Positions 61,150 through 64,000 of a stretch of DNA of 64,000 bases are shown here, piece after piece. The stretch is from Candidatus Eiseniibacteriota bacterium (lineage in GTDB: Bacteria; Eisenbacteria; RBG-16-71-46; CAIMUX01; VGJL01). The notes under the pieces were generated by a model that worked only from the letters and a program-made list of their open reading frames with translations, ran no database searches and was not told where the DNA came from. The position numbers were made by a program, and so were the translations under genes. Each line of letters opens with the position of its first letter. Position 1 is the stretch's first letter. The stretch spans positions 1,953,743 to 2,017,742 of the forward strand of contig CAWBWI010000001.1 in assembly GCA_963792585.1 (NCBI GenBank), read 5' to 3'.

Positions 61150-63846
61150 GCGGAAGATCCTTAAAAAGTTGCCGCCGAGGATCTTGCGGATGTCGTCGGG
61201 CTTGTAGCCGCGGCGGACGAGCTCCTTGGTGATCTCCGGCAGGAGGCCGGCGTTGTCGAGGCCGCGGTGACCTCGCTGAGGCCGTCGAAGTCGGAGCCCA
61301 GGCCGACGTGATCGCAGTCGCCCGTGACCTTGACGACGTGGTCGATGTGATCGACTGAGCTCACATCGACCGGCGGGAGCGTCTTCTTGCATCCCGGCCC
61401 AGCGCCCGCGGAAATCGGCGTAGAACTTGTCCCGCACGGCCGGGTCGGACGTAAAGATGGCGGCCCGGTCGGCGGGCAGGCCGTGATCGGCCGCCGTCTT
61501 CTCGAAGATCGCCGTCTGTTTCGCGTCGTAGCCGTCCTGGAGGAAGCCCGGCCAGAAGTTGATGCCGATGACCCCGTTCTTCTCGGCCAGGGCCTTGAGC
61601 ATCTCGTCGCTCATGTTGCGGTGGTGGGCGGCCAGGGCCCGGCAGCAGGAGTGCGAGGCGACGACCGGGGCCTTCGAGACGCGCAGGACGTCCCAGAAGG
61701 TGTCGTCCGCGGCGCGGACGTCGACGATCATGCCCAGCATGTTCATCTCGGCGACGACCTTCTCGCCGAACTCGGTCAGGCCGCCGTGGATGGGCTTGGG
61801 ATCGCCGGAGGCGTCGGCCCAATCGGTCGCCGTCCAGTGGGTGAGCGTCATCAGGCGCACGCCGGCCCGGTGGAATTCCCGCAGCAGGGCCAGGTCGTTC
61901 TCGATGGCGTAGCCGCCCTCGATGCCGATGAGAACGCCCGTTTTCTCGTTGCGGGCCGTCGCCGCGTCCTGGGGCGTGAGCACGAGGGCGAGCTTATCCG
62001 GGTTCTTGGCGACGATCTCGCGGACGGCCTGGATCTGGGCGAAGACGCCGTTGGCGGACCGGCCCTTCGCGGCCTCGTCCGCGGGGGCGGCGGGGCGAAG
62101 CAGGCGAAGACCTGGAGGTTGACCGCGCCGCGTCCGAGCTTGGGGATGTCGATGTGGCCCTTCGGGAGGTCCTTCGTCAGGTCCTCGCCGGCAAGAACAC
62201 GCGAGATCGTGTCGCAATGCATGTCGACAACGCTTGCATCGCGATGCAGGAAGAGCGTCCGGTGGACGGGATCGAGGTCTCGCGCGTCGTCGCCAGATGG
62301 GCGATGACGTCGCAATGGTACTGGCTGGCTTCGCGCAGGATAGTCGGGGTCGATCATCCCCGGGCCGTCGCCCGGCATGTGGTATTCGGGGTGCTCGTCG
62401 TCGAGCTTCTCGGTCAGGACCTCGCCCGTCCTCAGGCTGATGGCCGGGACGTTCTTGGCCCAGAACGAGGTGTGGTCGGAGCCGCGGTAGTTCGGCCGGG
62501 GCTTGAGCCTGGCGGCCGTCGCCGGGTCGAGGGCCTTCCGGGCGATCGCGTAGAACTCGGCGAACTCGGTCAGGCCGCCGACGAGAAGGTCCGCGTCGCC
62601 CGTCCCGACCATGTCGATGTTCATATAGAGCGCGGTCCTGTCGAGGGGGATCGCCGGGTGCTCGGTGTAGTAGCGCGAGCCCTGGAGCCCCAGCTCCTCA
62701 CCGGCCCAGGCGCAGAAGACGACCGTTCGGCTGGCTCTGACCCAGCCGCGACGAGGGCCCGGGCCGTTTCAAGGATCACCGCGGCGGAGCCGGCGTTGTC
62801 GTCGGCCCCGGGGTAGATCCAGCCGTCGACGCCGACGCCGAGGTGGTCGAGGTGGCCGCCCATGACCAGGGCTTCGTTCTTGAGCTTGGGATCGGCGCCG
62901 GGCAGGATGCCGACGACGTTCGGGGCCGTCCGGTCGCCGGCGACGAAGTGGGCCTCCATCTCGACCTCGACGCCGAGGGCGAGGGTGTGGGACTCGAGCC
63001 GGAGCGTCTTGCGACCGAGGTCGCGCCAGTCCTTCCCGACGAGATAGAAGGCGTCGTTGAGGAAATCGCGTCCGGCCCGAAGGACCACGAAGCCCTCCGG
63101 CGCCTGTCCGGGGCGGAGGAGCCCGGGACGCTGGCGCGGGCCGCCCGCCAGACGGGGCGCTCCGGACGTCGCGAGGTCCATCTCGATGAGGCCGAGGGCG
63201 CCGTTTGCCGCGGCGGCCTTGACCTTGTTCTCGAAGGTCCAGGCGGCCTTGGTTTCGTCCGGGAGCGATTCGGGGAGATCGGGGAGGAGCAGGACGATCA
63301 TGCCTTTGACGTCGAGACCGGCGTAGTCGTCCCAGCCGTCCTTTTCCGAGGAAACGCCGTAGCCGGCGAAGACAAGCCCGCCCTTGACGACGCCCGAGCC
63401 GGTGCCGCCGACGGGGGTGAAGTCGCGGCCGCGCCCGGCGAAATAGACGCGGCGCGCCGGCGCGACGATCTCGAGGCGGATCGGCTGCTCGAAATCCGAC
63501 CAGCTCTTGAACGGGGACTTCCTGGAACCACGTGCCGTTGTCCGCCCGGCTCGAGGCCGGCTTTCTTCATCTCGGCGGCCACGTACTCGGCGGCTTTGCG
63601 GTAGCCGGGCGTGCCCGACTTGCGGCCCGCGAGCTCGTTCGAGGCCAGGTAACGGATGTGGGCCATGGCCCGCGCGCCGTCCGGCACGATCCGGGCGGCG
63701 GCCTGTTTGGGGGCGCCGGAACCCGGGGCGGACAGGGCGGGCGGGATGGAGACCGCGGCGAGGACGACAAGGGCGGCCGAGGCCGCGAGCGCTGCGATAC
63801 GGAAAGCTGTGACGGATCGGGAGGGGAGCCGGACGATCGGATGCAT
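61126..63846 (-). CDS. M28 peptidase (PA domain) fused to M19 membrane dipeptidase (many frameshifts)
   Basis: GGHLDHLG, GADDNAGS, NIDMVG, SDHTSF, YH..GD; then DMHCDT, IGIEGG, ASHS, DHVGLGSDFDG, ILGGNFLR. Confidence 0.8.
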
Positions 63847-63869
63847 GGGGCCTCTTTCGTTGTTTCCGG

Positions 63870-64000
63870 TCATTTGAGCTTTTTCAGGGCATCCGCAGCG
63901 GCCTTGCCGAAGCCTTCGGAGACCGTCGGGTGGTTGAAGACCATGTCCTTGATGTCCTCGGCCCGGGCGCCGAGCTTGACCGCGAGCGCGGCGAAGTGGA
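63870..64000 (-). CDS. C-terminus of pyridine nucleotide-disulfide oxidoreductase (Lpd/SthA-like)
   Basis: HFAALAVKLGARAEDIKDMVFNHPTVSEGF...*; HPTxSE dimerisation-domain motif. Confidence 0.75.
   Translation of the reverse strand, partial: HFAALAVKLGARAEDIKDMVFNHPTVSEGFGKAAADALKKLK

Noticed and set aside
73..63877. Numerous long overlapping antisense or alternate-frame ORFs
   Set aside because: Arg/Pro/Ala-rich shadows expected in high-GC DNA, with no motifs.

Overview
High-GC bacterial DNA with about 55 protein-coding genes and no recognisable rRNA, tRNA, CRISPR array or intact transposase. It looks like two unrelated segments joined at about 43,198, where a TolC-family gene breaks off into the C-terminal fragment of an unrelated secreted protein. 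Many genes carry single-base frameshifts, most likely uncorrected long-read or assembly errors. The left segment (1-43.2 kb) has a VIT/vWA protein, pyk, argS, metG, two M16 peptidase pairs, two two-component systems, a TonB-dependent receptor operon, proteins with T9SS/FlgD-type C-terminal sorting domains, and a four-gene uncharacterised membrane-protein operon (DUF6754-like) behind metG. The right segment (43.2-64 kb) has two NadE-like paralogues clustered with an acyl-CoA ligase, several peptidases, a membrane-anchored HTH-TPR regulator, PadR, VKOR-DsbA and pcnB. Best leads: (i) the four-gene membrane complex at 33.7-36.7 kb; (ii) an AT-rich 94-bp dispersed element at 48.8 and 61.1 kb that supplies the stop codons of two unrelated genes; (iii) the tandem NadE/ligase cluster; (iv) a Tat-signal aldo/keto reductase lacking three of four catalytic residues; (v) 11-bp-phased repeats upstream of the TonB receptor operon. 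Family names come from motif recognition by eye, not database searches.
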